A model generated the notes under the pieces. It saw only the letters and a list, made by a program, of their open reading frames with translations, was not told where the DNA came from and made no database searches. 64,000 nt of DNA, taken from assembly GCA_964349945.1 (NCBI GenBank), contig CAYGIH010000001.1, forward strand, positions 105,306-169,305, given 5' to 3'. Position numbers and translations under genes: made by a program. The stretch is from an uncultured Candidatus Saccharibacteria bacterium. Its GTDB lineage: Bacteria > Patescibacteriota > Minisyncoccia > Phycocordibacterales > Zambryskibacteraceae. This document shows positions 36,759 through 46,660 of the stretch, one piece after another; positions within the stretch are counted from its first letter, which is position 1, and each line of letters starts with the position of its first letter.

Positions 36759-38263
36759 TATTTTGTCACTTTAATTATTGATTCAAGAATATCTCCTGGG
36801 GCTATTTCAATTTTTGATTCTATGAGTGTTCCAAATTCAATTCCTTCATTTACTCTTTCTGCATCTACTTTTGACTGTTGGAGTTCTTTAATTTTCCCTC
36901 GGCCGATTTCTGATTCTCTTCTAATGATTCTTACTTGTGACCCAACATCAATGACTCCAGTTTGAACTCTGGCCCCTAAAACCTGTTTGTCTTTGTTCAT
37001 ACTAAATATTCTGAGTACCTTGGCTTGGCCAGAAATCTCTTCAACCTCTATATGGGGTTCTTTTTCTTCGAGTAATTCAGCGATACGTTCAGTTAGTTTA
37101 TAAATAATATCAAAGCTCTCTATTTTTACATCCGATCTCTCAGCGAGTGGTCCTGCTTGTGGATCAATCTTAGTATTAAATGAAAGTATTAGAGTTCCAG
37201 GAGTGGTCAAGGCGCTCTTTACGTCATTTTCACTTACTGTGCCTATCCCACAGAGAATTATTTGTGGTTGAATCCTTTCTCTTCTAAGTTTTCCTATTTC
37301 ATAATTTAAGGCTTCGAGGCTCCCAGCAGTATCAGCCTTAACTATGAGTGGTAATACTTTCATATCTTCTGGGATTATTATATTGTTTTTTTTACTACAA
37401 CATTTAGTTCTTTCACTATCAGCATAAAATTGGGCTTGTTTCTTATCCTCAAATAATTCAAAAATTGCTCCAATGGGAGGGGGATTATCCCAACCAACAA
37501 TTTGGATTGGACTAGAGAAGCTTGCTTCGTCTATCTGTTTGTCATGAAGGTCTAGAATATATCGAAGTGGGGCGACACATCCAGTTGATGCCACATACAT
37601 ACCCTTTTTCACTGTACCGTCTTTTACAATACCCACAGCACTCACTCCTTTCTGAGGATCAAGTTTTGATTCGATTATTACTCCGGTGCCCCATTTACTT
37701 TTGTCTCCATTAAATCCCTCTAACTCAGAAATCAAGAAAATCATTTCAAGTAAATCATTTATCCCTACGCCAGTTTTAGAAGATATTTCAGCCACAGGAA
37801 CATTACCTCCGTAACCCTCAACAAAAATATCATTCTCTGCAAGGCTTTGTTTAGCTCGTTCGATATTCGCGCTAGGCTTATCTATTTTGGTTATGGCTAC
37901 TATAAATTGAAGGGAGGCATCTTTAATCATTTTATAAGATTCAATTGTTTGAGGTTTAACTCCATCTTCTGCAGAAACAATAAGGATGGCAATGTCCGCC
38001 ACAGAGGCTCCACGGTTTCTGATACCCTGAAAGGCCTCATGACCTGGGGTGTCTAAAAAAGTGATTTTCCCAATCGTGCCGTCGGCTTTGGTGTGCTCTA
38101 TTTCATATGCACTAACATGTTGAGTGATACCACCAGCTTCACCTTCTACAATATTTGATTTTCTAATGTAGTCCAAAAGTGTCGATTTGCCATGATCGAT
38201 GTGGCCCATGACCGCGACTACCGGAGGGCGAGGTTCTTTGGTTTTAATGTCTAGAAGTCCCAT
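36758..38263 (-). CDS. infB: translation initiation factor IF-2 (short form)
   Basis: G-domain motifs GHIDHGKST, DTPGHEAF and NKID. C-terminal IF2 beta-barrel domains. 501 aa. Confidence 0.9.
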   Translation of the reverse strand: MGLLDIKTKEPRPPVVAVMGHIDHGKSTLLDYIRKSNIVEGEAGGITQHVSAYEIEHTKADGTIGKITFLDTPGHEAFQGIRNRGASVADIAILIVSAEDGVKPQTIESYKMIKDASLQFIVAITKIDKPSANIERAKQSLAENDIFVEGYGGNVPVAEISSKTGVGINDLLEMIFLISELEGFNGDKSKWGTGVIIESKLDPQKGVSAVGIVKDGTVKKGMYVASTGCVAPLRYILDLHDKQIDEASFSSPIQIVGWDNPPPIGAIFELFEDKKQAQFYADSERTKCCSKKNNIIIPEDMKVLPLIVKADTAGSLEALNYEIGKLRRERIQPQIILCGIGTVSENDVKSALTTPGTLILSFNTKIDPQAGPLAERSDVKIESFDIIYKLTERIAELLEEKEPHIEVEEISGQAKVLRIFSMNKDKQVLGARVQTGVIDVGSQVRIIRRESEIGRGKIKELQQSKVDAERVNEGIEFGTLIESKIEIAPGDILESIIKVTK

Positions 38264-38322
38264 AAGAGCCTTAGATTATCATATTGTTGTCCTAAAAACA
38301 CGGACTGTATTAGAATGACAAG

Positions 38323-39495
38323 ATGAATTTGTTTAAGCCACGAAGAACGTATTTGGATTATGCTTCGACGACACCCGTCCTTCCAGAGGTAAAAAAAGTC
38401 ATGGATAAATACTTATCCAGAGATTTTTATAACCCTTCAGCAATTTATACAGAGGCTGTGCAAGTCAAAAATGAACTTGAAGAAATGCGTACAAGGGTGG
38501 CGAGAATCATTGGGGTGAAGAGCAAGGATATTTATTTCACTGGAAGCGGGACAGAGTCTGTGAATCTCGCCTTACTTGGAGTTTTTGAGAAAGCCAAAGA
38601 AAAAATTGAAAGACCTCATATAATTATTTCAGCTATAGAGCATCCTGCGGTTAAGGAATCTGCCAAGGAGATAGTAAGAAGAGGTGGAGAAGTGACAATA
38701 GTATTCGCTGATGAATTCGGAAAAGTTTCTCCACAAGAAGTATCGAATTCAATAAAACCAAGCACAATTCTCATTTCTGTAATGTTGGCTAACAATGAGG
38801 TTGGTACAGTGCAGCCCATAAGTAAAATTAGTAGATTGGTGGCCGAATACAAAAAGAAAAATAATACTGTTTACCCCTTCGTTCATACAGATGCTAGTCA
38901 AGCCACAAATTATATAAAGATTTATGCCCCATCACTTGGGGCGGACATGATTACCTTGGATGGCTCTAAAATATATGGTCCTAAAGGTGTTGGGGTTTTA
39001 GTGGTGAAATCGAATGTTAAAATTTTGCCAATTATATTTGGTGGAGGACAAGAGAATGGTCTTCGTTCAGCAACAGAAAATGTAGCTCAGATTGCAGGTT
39101 TTACCAAAGCTTTTGAACTTGCTGATAGAGACAGAGAGAAAGAGACAGAAAGATTGGAAATTATTAAAAACAAATTTATAGAAAGCTTAAAAATGAATTT
39201 GCCAGAGATTATTATAAATACTCCAGAAGTTGATAGTTTGCCTAATATTGTAAGTGTCTCTATGAAGGGAATGCTCGCTGAATTTGTAGCCATAAAAATG
39301 GATTTAAGGGGTTTTATGGTGTCTACAGGTAGTGCTTGTGGTTCAAACAGAGGTGCGTCTGGCACAGAAACTTTGGTTGGTATGGGGAAAGAAGAACTAA
39401 AGGAGTCAACCATAAGATTTTCATTTGGTAGACATACAAAAATGAGTGATATGGACAGAGTATTAAAAGCATTTGTTCAAATAATGCAGGGATAA
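38323..39495 (+). CDS. cysteine desulfurase / class V aminotransferase (IscS/NifS-like)
   Basis: PLP-fold pattern (…ISAIEHPAV…SQATNYIKI…DMITLDGSKIYGPKGVG…). Cys-loop SACGS. Confidence 0.75.
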   Translation: MNLFKPRRTYLDYASTTPVLPEVKKVMDKYLSRDFYNPSAIYTEAVQVKNELEEMRTRVARIIGVKSKDIYFTGSGTESVNLALLGVFEKAKEKIERPHIIISAIEHPAVKESAKEIVRRGGEVTIVFADEFGKVSPQEVSNSIKPSTILISVMLANNEVGTVQPISKISRLVAEYKKKNNTVYPFVHTDASQATNYIKIYAPSLGADMITLDGSKIYGPKGVGVLVVKSNVKILPIIFGGGQENGLRSATENVAQIAGFTKAFELADRDREKETERLEIIKNKFIESLKMNLPEIIINTPEVDSLPNIVSVSMKGMLAEFVAIKMDLRGFMVSTGSACGSNRGASGTETLVGMGKEELKESTIRFSFGRHTKMSDMDRVLKAFVQIMQG

Positions 39496-39513
39496 TTTCA
39501 CTATGTTATAATC

Positions 39514-40350
39514 GTGCTCATGACAACAATGGAAGATTTGACCAAGACACAGATCATCCTTTTAACCCTCTTAGTGAGCTTTGTGACTTCTATTGCCACA
39601 GGAATAATTACAGTTTCCTTATTGGCCGAGGCTCCACAGAGTGTTACTCAAACAATAAATCGTGTAGTTGAAAGGACAATTGAGAAAGTTACTCCAGCAG
39701 GTTCAACAAATTCAGGCACAAAAGAAGTGACAGTAGTGAAGGAAGAAGATTTGATAATGAGCTCTATAAATTCTTCGATTCAGTCAATTGTGAGAATCAA
39801 AGAACCGTTTACAGTTGATGGGACACAAGCTTTTTATGCACTTGGAGCTATTGTTTCTAAAACAGGTCTAGTCGTCTCTGATAAACGGGGAGTTATTCTA
39901 GGAGGTACTTATAGTGTTATTTTACCAGACGGTTCAACTTTACCAGCCATAGTGGCTTATGTGAGTGAAACAGAAAGATTGGCTGTATTTAAAATAGTTT
40001 TGGATACAGCTCATCAAAATGGACTAACTCCAATCAATTTTTCTTCTAAAGAATTAAAACTCGGACAAAGTGTTATCGCTATGCAGGGTAGGGAAAAGAA
40101 TACAGTTGGGATCGGACGAGTAGTATCCTTAAATACTAGAGCAGAAAAGAATTCTAAGGGTGTAGAAATCCAAATACCTTATTCTGTTGAAACAGACATT
40201 GATTCAACAAACGAAATTCAGGGTAGTTTATTGTTGAATTTATCAGGGGAATTGGTGGGCATAAAAACATCTAATGATGATTTGATTGTTCCAGCCCATG
40301 TATATACAACAATTGCTCCTATCAGGCAGGCATTGGAAAAGACTAAATAA
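39514..40350 (+). CDS. membrane-anchored trypsin-like (HtrA/S1C-like) domain protein with all three catalytic-triad residues replaced
   Basis: HtrA-like blocks are present (GAIVSKTGLVVS, YSVILPDGSTLPAIVAYVSETERLAVFKI, GSLLLNLSGELVGIK). The positions equivalent to His, Asp and Ser are occupied by other residues. Confidence 0.45.
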   Translation: MLMTTMEDLTKTQIILLTLLVSFVTSIATGIITVSLLAEAPQSVTQTINRVVERTIEKVTPAGSTNSGTKEVTVVKEEDLIMSSINSSIQSIVRIKEPFTVDGTQAFYALGAIVSKTGLVVSDKRGVILGGTYSVILPDGSTLPAIVAYVSETERLAVFKIVLDTAHQNGLTPINFSSKELKLGQSVIAMQGREKNTVGIGRVVSLNTRAEKNSKGVEIQIPYSVETDIDSTNEIQGSLLLNLSGELVGIKTSNDDLIVPAHVYTTIAPIRQALEKTK

Positions 40351-40374
40351 TTTTGTTAGTTTAATAGGAAAAAT

Positions 40375-43056
40375 ATGCCTCCATCATTCAATCATTTTAC
40401 GACCAAAGCAAAGGAAGCCATTCGTAAGGCTCATGAGATAGCTATTGAACGTGGTCAAAATCATGTGAACCCAATGCATCTATTAGCTGCTCTTGTTGTT
40501 CAAGATGAAAGTATGGTTATTTCTATTTTGGATAAAATGCAAGTAGACACGATTCTACTTACTGATTCAGTTCTAGAAGCTATTGAGAGTCCTGAAGCGG
40601 TACAAATGCTTTCTCCTTCATATCAAATATATTTAACTCCAGAATTGGCTCATACAATAGAATCAAGTGCTAAGGTCGCTGAATCTCTAGGAGATGAATT
40701 TATTTCTACAGAACATTTGTTTCTTTCGGTGCTTGATGTACCTGGGGATGCTCGAGAACTATTACAGAAATTCAAAATTGATCATGAGAAGGTGGTGAAG
40801 GTAATTGATGAAATTAAAAAGTCTAATATAAGTGAACCAAAACCAGATAGGAAATTTAAATCTTTAATAAAATATACTCGCTCTCTCACTAAATTAGCCA
40901 AAGAAAACAAACTTGATCCAGTCATTGGACGAGACGATGAGATATCCAGGATGATTCAAATCCTTTCTCGACGTACTAAAAATAATCCAATCCTTATTGG
41001 AGAAGCAGGAGTGGGGAAAACAGCTATTGCAGAAGGTTTAGCTATACGTATGGCTAATGGTAATGTGCCTGAATCTCTTAGAGACAAGGAATTAGTCTCG
41101 CTTGATCTTGGTTTGCTTATTGCTGGGACAAAATACAGAGGAGAATTTGAAGAAAGATTGAAAAATATTATAAAGGAGATAGAGAAATCAGAGGGGAAAA
41201 TAATTCTCTTCATTGATGAGATTCATACTATCGTAGGCGCGGGAGCATCAGAAGGAGCAATGGACGCTTCAAATATGTTGAAACCTCCTTTGGCCAGAGG
41301 TGATCTTCGAGCGATTGGTGCAACTACTCTTCGTGAATATCAAAAGCATATTGAGAAGGACCCAGCCCTTACTCGTAGGTTTCAACCTGTTCACGTGAAT
41401 GAGCCAAGTGTAGAAGATACAATGACAATTCTACGAGGGCTCAAGGAGCGCTATGAGCTTTATCATGGTGTCAGAATCACTGATGATGCGATTCGTGCTG
41501 CAGTGAACCTTTCAGCGCGTTATATCACTGATAGATTTCTCCCTGACAAAGCCGTGGATCTCATTGATGAGGCTTCTTCATATTTAAAGATTTCCTTGGA
41601 GAATATGCCTCCAGTTCTACAAGACGCTCATTCAAAAATAATGAAACTTGAGATAGAGAAGGAGGCTTTAAAGAAAGAATCAAAAAATCCAAAATCAAAG
41701 GCGCGTATAAAAGAAATTGATAAAGACATAGCGGATTATAAAGAAAAAACTTCAGAACTCGAACTCAAATGGAAGAATGAGAAAGAAACAGTGGCAGATA
41801 TTAAAGACATAAAGAAAAATTTAGAAACATTCAGATTGGAAGCCGAAGCTGCTGAAGCACGTTCAGATCTATCTAGGGCAGCTGAACTTAGATATGGCAA
41901 GATTCCTTCACTTGAACGTGATTTGGATACAAAATCTAAGAGGCTAAAGAAACTTCAGAGTTCAAGGAGAATATTAAAAGAGGAGATTACTGAATCAGAT
42001 ATTGCTGATATCGTTTCAAAGTGGACTGGGGTACCTGTATCTAGGATGCTTGAAGCTGAAGCAGAGAAACTTGTTCGAATGGAAGATTTTCTAAAAGCAA
42101 GAATTGTTGGTCAAGAAGAAGCGGTTAAAAAAATTGCAGATACTATAAAGCGAAGTCGAGCGGGTATTTCAGATCCAAATAAACCGATTGGTTCGTTTAT
42201 GTTCATGGGGCCAACCGGAGTAGGGAAAACAGAACTTACCAAGGCGCTTGCAGAATTTATGTTTGATGATGAGAAAGCCCTAATTAGGGTGGATATGAGC
42301 GAGTTTATGGAGAAGCATTCGGTTTCCAAACTTATTGGTGCTCCTCCAGGATATGTTGGATACGATGAAGGCACACCATTTACTGAAACTGTTCGACATC
42401 GACCATATTCAGTTATTCTCTTTGACGAGATAGAAAAGGCACATCCAGAAGTTTTCAATATTCTTCTCCAAGTGTTAGACAATGGACGACTCACAGATAC
42501 TAAGGGTAGACTTGTGAACTTCAAAAATACTGTCATCATTCTTACTTCAAATGTGGGTGCCGAATTCATAGACAAGATGCAAACCATTGGATTCTCTAAA
42601 GGGGAAGCAGGGGAAGATTATACAAATGTGAAGGAGAAATTAATGGAGGCTCTAAAAAAGCAGTTTAGACCAGAATTCTTGAATAGGTTGGATGACATCA
42701 TCGTATTTGACGTGCTTTCAAAAGAAACAATTAAATCTATTGTAGGTATACAGATTGAGATGATAAAGAAACGTCTTGCAGAAAAAGAAATTGAATTGGT
42801 GATCGCTGATCCAGTTTATACTCTTCTTGCAGATGAAGGTTATAACCCAGAATATGGTGCAAGGCCACTAAAGAGGCTTATTCAAAATAAGATTTTGAAC
42901 CCAGTAGCTACGATGATGATAGGAAATAAGGTTTTGACTGGAGGTACAGTGATGGTGACTAGGAATGGAGCGGAGCTGGAATTTGAAGTGATAAAAGGAA
43001 AGAGGTCAGGGAGCGTGAGCACTGTCACAGGTAAACACACAAGAAGAGAGAAGTAA
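40375..43056 (+). CDS. clpB: ATP-dependent chaperone ClpB
   Basis: Clp N-domain, two AAA+ modules ([15 protein letters not shown] and [15 protein letters not shown]), a long middle coiled-coil domain. 893 aa. Confidence 0.9.
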   Translation: MPPSFNHFTTKAKEAIRKAHEIAIERGQNHVNPMHLLAALVVQDESMVISILDKMQVDTILLTDSVLEAIESPEAVQMLSPSYQIYLTPELAHTIESSAKVAESLGDEFISTEHLFLSVLDVPGDARELLQKFKIDHEKVVKVIDEIKKSNISEPKPDRKFKSLIKYTRSLTKLAKENKLDPVIGRDDEISRMIQILSRRTKNNPILIGEAGVGKTAIAEGLAIRMANGNVPESLRDKELVSLDLGLLIAGTKYRGEFEERLKNIIKEIEKSEGKIILFIDEIHTIVGAGASEGAMDASNMLKPPLARGDLRAIGATTLREYQKHIEKDPALTRRFQPVHVNEPSVEDTMTILRGLKERYELYHGVRITDDAIRAAVNLSARYITDRFLPDKAVDLIDEASSYLKISLENMPPVLQDAHSKIMKLEIEKEALKKESKNPKSKARIKEIDKDIADYKEKTSELELKWKNEKETVADIKDIKKNLETFRLEAEAAEARSDLSRAAELRYGKIPSLERDLDTKSKRLKKLQSSRRILKEEITESDIADIVSKWTGVPVSRMLEAEAEKLVRMEDFLKARIVGQEEAVKKIADTIKRSRAGISDPNKPIGSFMFMGPTGVGKTELTKALAEFMFDDEKALIRVDMSEFMEKHSVSKLIGAPPGYVGYDEGTPFTETVRHRPYSVILFDEIEKAHPEVFNILLQVLDNGRLTDTKGRLVNFKNTVIILTSNVGAEFIDKMQTIGFSKGEAGEDYTNVKEKLMEALKKQFRPEFLNRLDDIIVFDVLSKETIKSIVGIQIEMIKKRLAEKEIELVIADPVYTLLADEGYNPEYGARPLKRLIQNKILNPVATMMIGNKVLTGGTVMVTRNGAELEFEVIKGKRSGSVSTVTGKHTRREK

Positions 43057-43117
43057 AGTTGAAGTTAAGGAGTTCCTTTGTTAGAAATAGTAAGGAAGCG
43101 TTCTACAGGAGGAATGA

Positions 43118-43372
43118 ATGTCGAGAATTTGTGTTTTTGGACCAACGGTGGTCCTCGATGAGATTGTGGACAATCAGAGCATTATTACTAGAGCTGAAAC
43201 TTGGGAGATCTTCCGTAAGGGTATCCCAACTAAAGGGCCTTGCAAACTTTTTGTTGGACACCCTTTGTCCAACGGTGACGGCAAGCGCATCAATGGTAAG
43301 CACCTCAAGGAATATTCGTTCGTCGAAGTGTGCAAACGTGTAGAGCGAGAGCTCGCTCCAAGGACTGGGTAG
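43118..43372 (+). CDS. hypothetical small protein
   Basis: 84-aa ORF. No motif recognised. Confidence 0.35.
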   Translation: MSRICVFGPTVVLDEIVDNQSIITRAETWEIFRKGIPTKGPCKLFVGHPLSNGDGKRINGKHLKEYSFVEVCKRVERELAPRTG

Positions 43373-43384
43373 AACCCCAGTTTT

Positions 43385-43654
43385 TTATTTATAAACTTTC
43401 TTCGCGTAGAGTAGATAGATAACTAAAATAATATTGAATGAATAGTTTAGATAAATAGGGTAGTGGGTGGTTTGTGTCAGATAATCATCTATTAAGATAT
43501 AAAACATTGAGAGTAATTCTCCCCCTAACCAAAATAATATGAACAATAAGGATAAGTCACTGGCTTTCTTTGATTGCCAGGTTTTCATCACTTGTGGGAC
43601 AGCGCAAATAGCAAATAAAAAAGCCCCCATCCATCCAACTAAGTTGTGATACAA
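43385..43654 (-). CDS. SemiSWEET / PQ-loop sugar transporter
   Basis: …GWMGAFLFAICAVPQVMKTWQSKKASDLSLLFILFWLGGELLSMFYIL… matches the bacterial SemiSWEET PQ motif and three-TM pattern. The ORF-track N-terminus overlaps tRNA-Tyr and was trimmed. Confidence 0.7.
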   Translation of the reverse strand: MYHNLVGWMGAFLFAICAVPQVMKTWQSKKASDLSLLFILFWLGGELLSMFYILIDDYLTQTTHYPIYLNYSFNIILVIYLLYAKKVYK

Positions 43655-43658
43655 CATA

Positions 43659-43744
43659 TGGTGCGCCGGGAAGGATTCGAACCTTCGAAGCCCGAAGGCG
43701 CCAGATTTACAGTCTAGTGCGATTGACCACTCCGCCACCGACGC
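43659..43744 (-). tRNA. tRNA-Tyr (anticodon GTA), CCA encoded
   Basis: The reverse complement reads GCGTCGGTGGCGGAGTGGTCAATCGCA-CTAGA-CTGTAAA-TCTGG, long variable arm, AGGTTCGAATCCT…CCGGCGC-ACCA. Confidence 0.8.
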
Positions 43745-43812
43745 ATACGGGCTATAATAAAGCATTTTCAAGGGACTTGCAAAATCTATAAAATCCGGTA
43801 ATCTATAACCCT

Positions 43813-43986
43813 ATGTCACAAGACCATCTAATAAAGCTCGTCTCTGTAGGAGATAAACAAGGAGTAGGTAAAGGCCATACTTATTATTCGACTAGAAACA
43901 GAAAGTCAGTTGAAAGAAAAATCGAAGTCAAGAAATATAATCCGATTGCCAAAAAGCACACAGTTTATAAAGAAAAGAAAGCCTAA
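43813..43986 (+). CDS. rpmG: 50S ribosomal protein L33 (Cys-less C- form)
   Basis: 57-aa ORF, not in the ORF track because it is under 60 aa. MSQDHLIKLVSVGDKQGVGKGHTYYSTRNRKSVERKIEVKKYNPIAKKHTVYKEKKA aligns with the L33 core (…YTTTKNKRNTPERLELKKYxPVxRKHTLHKE…). Confidence 0.65.
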   Translation: MSQDHLIKLVSVGDKQGVGKGHTYYSTRNRKSVERKIEVKKYNPIAKKHTVYKEKKA

Positions 43987-43989
43987 TAA

Positions 43990-44016
43990 AGATTCGCCGA
44001 GAGGCGGATTTTTTGT
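43990..44016 (+). terminator. rho-independent terminator after rpmG
   Basis: cgcc-gaga-ggcg followed by attttttg. Confidence 0.5.
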
Positions 44017-44022
44017 TAGGAT

Positions 44023-44092
44023 TGTTTATCTAGGGCGATTAGTTTAGTGGTAGAACAACGGTCTCCAAAACCGTTGGCGAGGGTTCGATTCC
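44023..44092 (+). tRNA. tRNA-Trp (anticodon CCA)
   Basis: GGGCGAT…ACGGT-CTCCAAA-ACCGT…GAGGG-TTCGATT-CCTTC-ATCGCCC-G. Confidence 0.75.
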
Positions 44093-44105
44093 TTCATCGC
44101 CCGCA

Positions 44106-44705
44106 ATGATAAACCCTTTTAATATTCCTGAAGTTTTAGCTCTGTACGGATACATAGGTGTGTTTGTGATTGTTTTTTTAGAATCAGGGATATTTTTCCC
44201 ACTACCTGGAGATAGTCTTCTCTTTACAGCAGGGATTTTGGCATCAGGGCTTGGTTTAAACATTGGGTTTCTAATACCTCTTATTTTTATAGCTACATTA
44301 TTAGGTGGTATCGCGGGATATTATTTGGGTACTCAAATTGAAAAATTACACAATTATTCTTTTTTTAGAAAAATTCTAAGCCAAGAGCATATAAATACAG
44401 CTCACAATTTCTTTGAGAAATATGGCAGATTTGCAGTAGTTTTTTCTCGCTTTGTACCATTGGTTAGAACATTTATTCCTATTGTGGCTGGAATCGCCCG
44501 CATGGATTACAAAAAGTTTTTGAAATACAGTCTTATTAGCTCATTGCTTTGGTCCACAACCATAACTTTGGCTGGCTTTTTCTTAGGACGTTCTTTCCCT
44601 TTGATAAAGGATTATCTTCACTATTTTATTTTTCTTATAATCCTCCTTTCAATCCTTCCAGGTATCTTTGAATGGATGCGAACTCGGCAGAAGAAAACCA
44701 CTTAA
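44106..44705 (+). CDS. DedA/SNARE-associated family membrane protein
   Basis: …FLESGIFFPLPGDSLLFTAG… DedA signature. 199 aa. Confidence 0.85.
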   Translation: MINPFNIPEVLALYGYIGVFVIVFLESGIFFPLPGDSLLFTAGILASGLGLNIGFLIPLIFIATLLGGIAGYYLGTQIEKLHNYSFFRKILSQEHINTAHNFFEKYGRFAVVFSRFVPLVRTFIPIVAGIARMDYKKFLKYSLISSLLWSTTITLAGFFLGRSFPLIKDYLHYFIFLIILLSILPGIFEWMRTRQKKTT

Positions 44706-45531
44706 TCTTTTTGTTCCTTCTGAACCAAGTCATCTGGCGTTTGGAATAGTGCTTAATTTCTTTATATAACTCTTCTAAAAATGCTTTTTTAGTAAGTTTG
44801 TTTTGAAGTAGGCGAGCGAGATATCTATATTCAAGCCCAAGTTCTTCCATGCGTCTATAAGACAGTTTATTAGCTTTTAGTCTTTTAGCTTCTCTTATCA
44901 TCCCCGGTATTCGAGCGAGCAGTCTTTTATAAATCAATTTTTCTAATATTTCTTTTTTTGGATTTACTCCTACATAAATATATTCATATATGTTAGACCC
45001 CCGGGGTTTAACATTTGGGACTTGGCCTAGAGATTCTATGATTTCTAAGGCACGGATAAGTCGTACTTTATTTTTTTTATCAATAGTTTTGGCTCTTTTA
45101 GAATCTTTCTTCTTTAGGAAATTAAAAAGCTCTTCGACAGTTTTACTCTCTAAATATTTTCGTAGTTTAGGATTAGGTGGCACTTCAGGTAAAACCATTT
45201 TGCCAGTTAGAGTATCAATATAAAATCCTGTGCCCCCAACAATAATTGGCAGTTTATTTTTCTTTATTATTTGTTGAATAGCTTTGTCTCCAAGTTTTTT
45301 ATAGTCTGATGCAGAGAATCTTTTTTTTGGATTAGCTACATCTAAGAGATGGTGGGTGATACCAGACATTTCTTTTTTGGTCACTTTACCTGAACCAACA
45401 TTTAGACCTTTATAAACCTGTCTTGAATCAGCAGAAATAATCTCCCCATTAAACTTCTTGGCGAGCCTTACCCCTAAACTGCTTTTACCTGAGGCTGTTG
45501 GTCCTACTATTATCAAAACCTTCTTTTTCAT
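44635..45531 (-). CDS. miaA: tRNA dimethylallyltransferase
   Basis: MKKKVLIIVGPTASGKSSL (P-loop) …DSRQVYKGLNVGSGK… The ORF-track N-terminal extension overlaps tRNA-Leu and was trimmed to MKKKV. Confidence 0.85.
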   Translation of the reverse strand: MKKKVLIIVGPTASGKSSLGVRLAKKFNGEIISADSRQVYKGLNVGSGKVTKKEMSGITHHLLDVANPKKRFSASDYKKLGDKAIQQIIKKNKLPIIVGGTGFYIDTLTGKMVLPEVPPNPKLRKYLESKTVEELFNFLKKKDSKRAKTIDKKNKVRLIRALEIIESLGQVPNVKPRGSNIYEYIYVGVNPKKEILEKLIYKRLLARIPGMIREAKRLKANKLSYRRMEELGLEYRYLARLLQNKLTKKAFLEELYKEIKHYSKRQMTWFRRNKKIKWFSSAEFASIQRYLEGLKGGL

Positions 45532-45533
45532 TG

Positions 45534-45614
45534 TGCCGGGAAGAGGACTCGAACCTCCACCCCTTGCGAGACACGATTTTGAGTCGTGCGCGTCTACCAT
45601 TCCGCCATCCCGGC
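45534..45614 (-). tRNA. tRNA-Leu (anticodon CAA)
   Basis: The reverse complement reads GCCGGGATGGCGGAATGGTAGAC…CACGA-CTCAAAA-TCGTG, long variable arm, GGAGGTTCGAGTCCTCT-TCCCGGC-A. Confidence 0.8.
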
Positions 45615-45661
45615 ATAACTTACCCATACAACTTACAATAAACTCGTGCTAAAATCTACTT

Positions 45662-46660
45662 ATGTCACAGTTTTATAACGACTCAATCTTTTGGATTGAG
45701 GTGGAGAAGATTCACCCAAACCCATTTCAACCCCGAAGAGAATTCGATGAAGCCCAACTAAACAGCCTTGCAGATTCAATGCGTCAGTACGGAGTACTCC
45801 AAGCATTGGTAGTGACTCGGACTGAAGTAGAGAAGCCAGAAGGCGGTTTAGCAGTCGAATATGAACTCATCGCTGGAGAGCGTCGTCTCCGTGCAGCCAA
45901 GCTCGCTGGACTTAAACAGGTACCAGTTCTAATACGTACCGGTGCAGAAAATGATCTTACAAAACTTGAACTTGCGATTATTGAGAACATTCAGCGTGAA
46001 GATTTGAATCCAGTAGATAGAGCAAGAGCGTTTGATAAGCTTGCTCGTGAGTTTGGGTTTAAGCACGCGGAGATAGGTAAGAAAGTAGGCAAGAGTCGAG
46101 AGTATGTCTCAAACACCCTTCGACTACTTATGCTTCCAGAGCATATCCTCCAAGCACTTTCGGATGGGAAGATAAGTGAAGGACATTCTAGACCTCTCAT
46201 GATGCTTGTAGACAAACCAGAGGAACAAGAAACTTTGTTTAAAGAAATTTTATTTAAAAAATTAAATGTTCGTGATGCAGAAGGCATCGCTCGACGTATT
46301 GCTTTTGAAAAGGCTCGCAAGCAAATGGACCCAGAGTTGGTGGATATGGAAGAGAAGCTCAAAGAATCACTAGGCACACGCGTAAGAGTAGAAAGAAAAG
46401 AAGAGGGAGGTAAAATTACTATAGATTTCTTTTCTAAAGATGATCTAGAACACTTATATACAATGCTTACTGCGCATAATGCAGAAAAAGCGGGGAATGT
46501 GATGTTGAATAATTATATTGCCAATGTAGAAGCATCGGGCCAAACTGTTGAAAACATTCCTCCAATGACCGAAGAGGAAAAGGAGATTAATAAAGAAGAG
46601 AGTGATAAGGCGATGGAAGAACCAGAGGACTTGTATTCCGTCACTAATTTTACTGTCTAA
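45662..46660 (+). CDS. parB: ParB/Spo0J-family partition protein (no adjacent parA)
   Basis: ParB N-domain (…LIAGERRLRAAKLAGLKQVPVLI…), HTH region, and an acidic/Lys-rich C-terminus. Confidence 0.8.
   Translation: MSQFYNDSIFWIEVEKIHPNPFQPRREFDEAQLNSLADSMRQYGVLQALVVTRTEVEKPEGGLAVEYELIAGERRLRAAKLAGLKQVPVLIRTGAENDLTKLELAIIENIQREDLNPVDRARAFDKLAREFGFKHAEIGKKVGKSREYVSNTLRLLMLPEHILQALSDGKISEGHSRPLMMLVDKPEEQETLFKEILFKKLNVRDAEGIARRIAFEKARKQMDPELVDMEEKLKESLGTRVRVERKEEGGKITIDFFSKDDLEHLYTMLTAHNAEKAGNVMLNNYIANVEASGQTVENIPPMTEEEKEINKEESDKAMEEPEDLYSVTNFTV

Noticed and set aside
43655-43771. N-terminal 40 codons of ORF 43385-43771
   Set aside because: This part overlaps tRNA-Tyr on the same strand. The SemiSWEET homology begins at the downstream Met, so the gene was trimmed to 43385-43654.
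44039-44263. ORF 44039-44263 (-) overlapping tRNA-Trp and the DedA start
   Set aside because: Antisense to a tRNA and to the 5' end of a well-supported DedA gene.
45532-45627. N-terminal extension of the miaA ORF (MGKLCRDGG…)
   Set aside because: It overlaps tRNA-Leu(CAA). The conserved MiaA P-loop N-terminus starts at MKKKVLIIVGPTASGKS.
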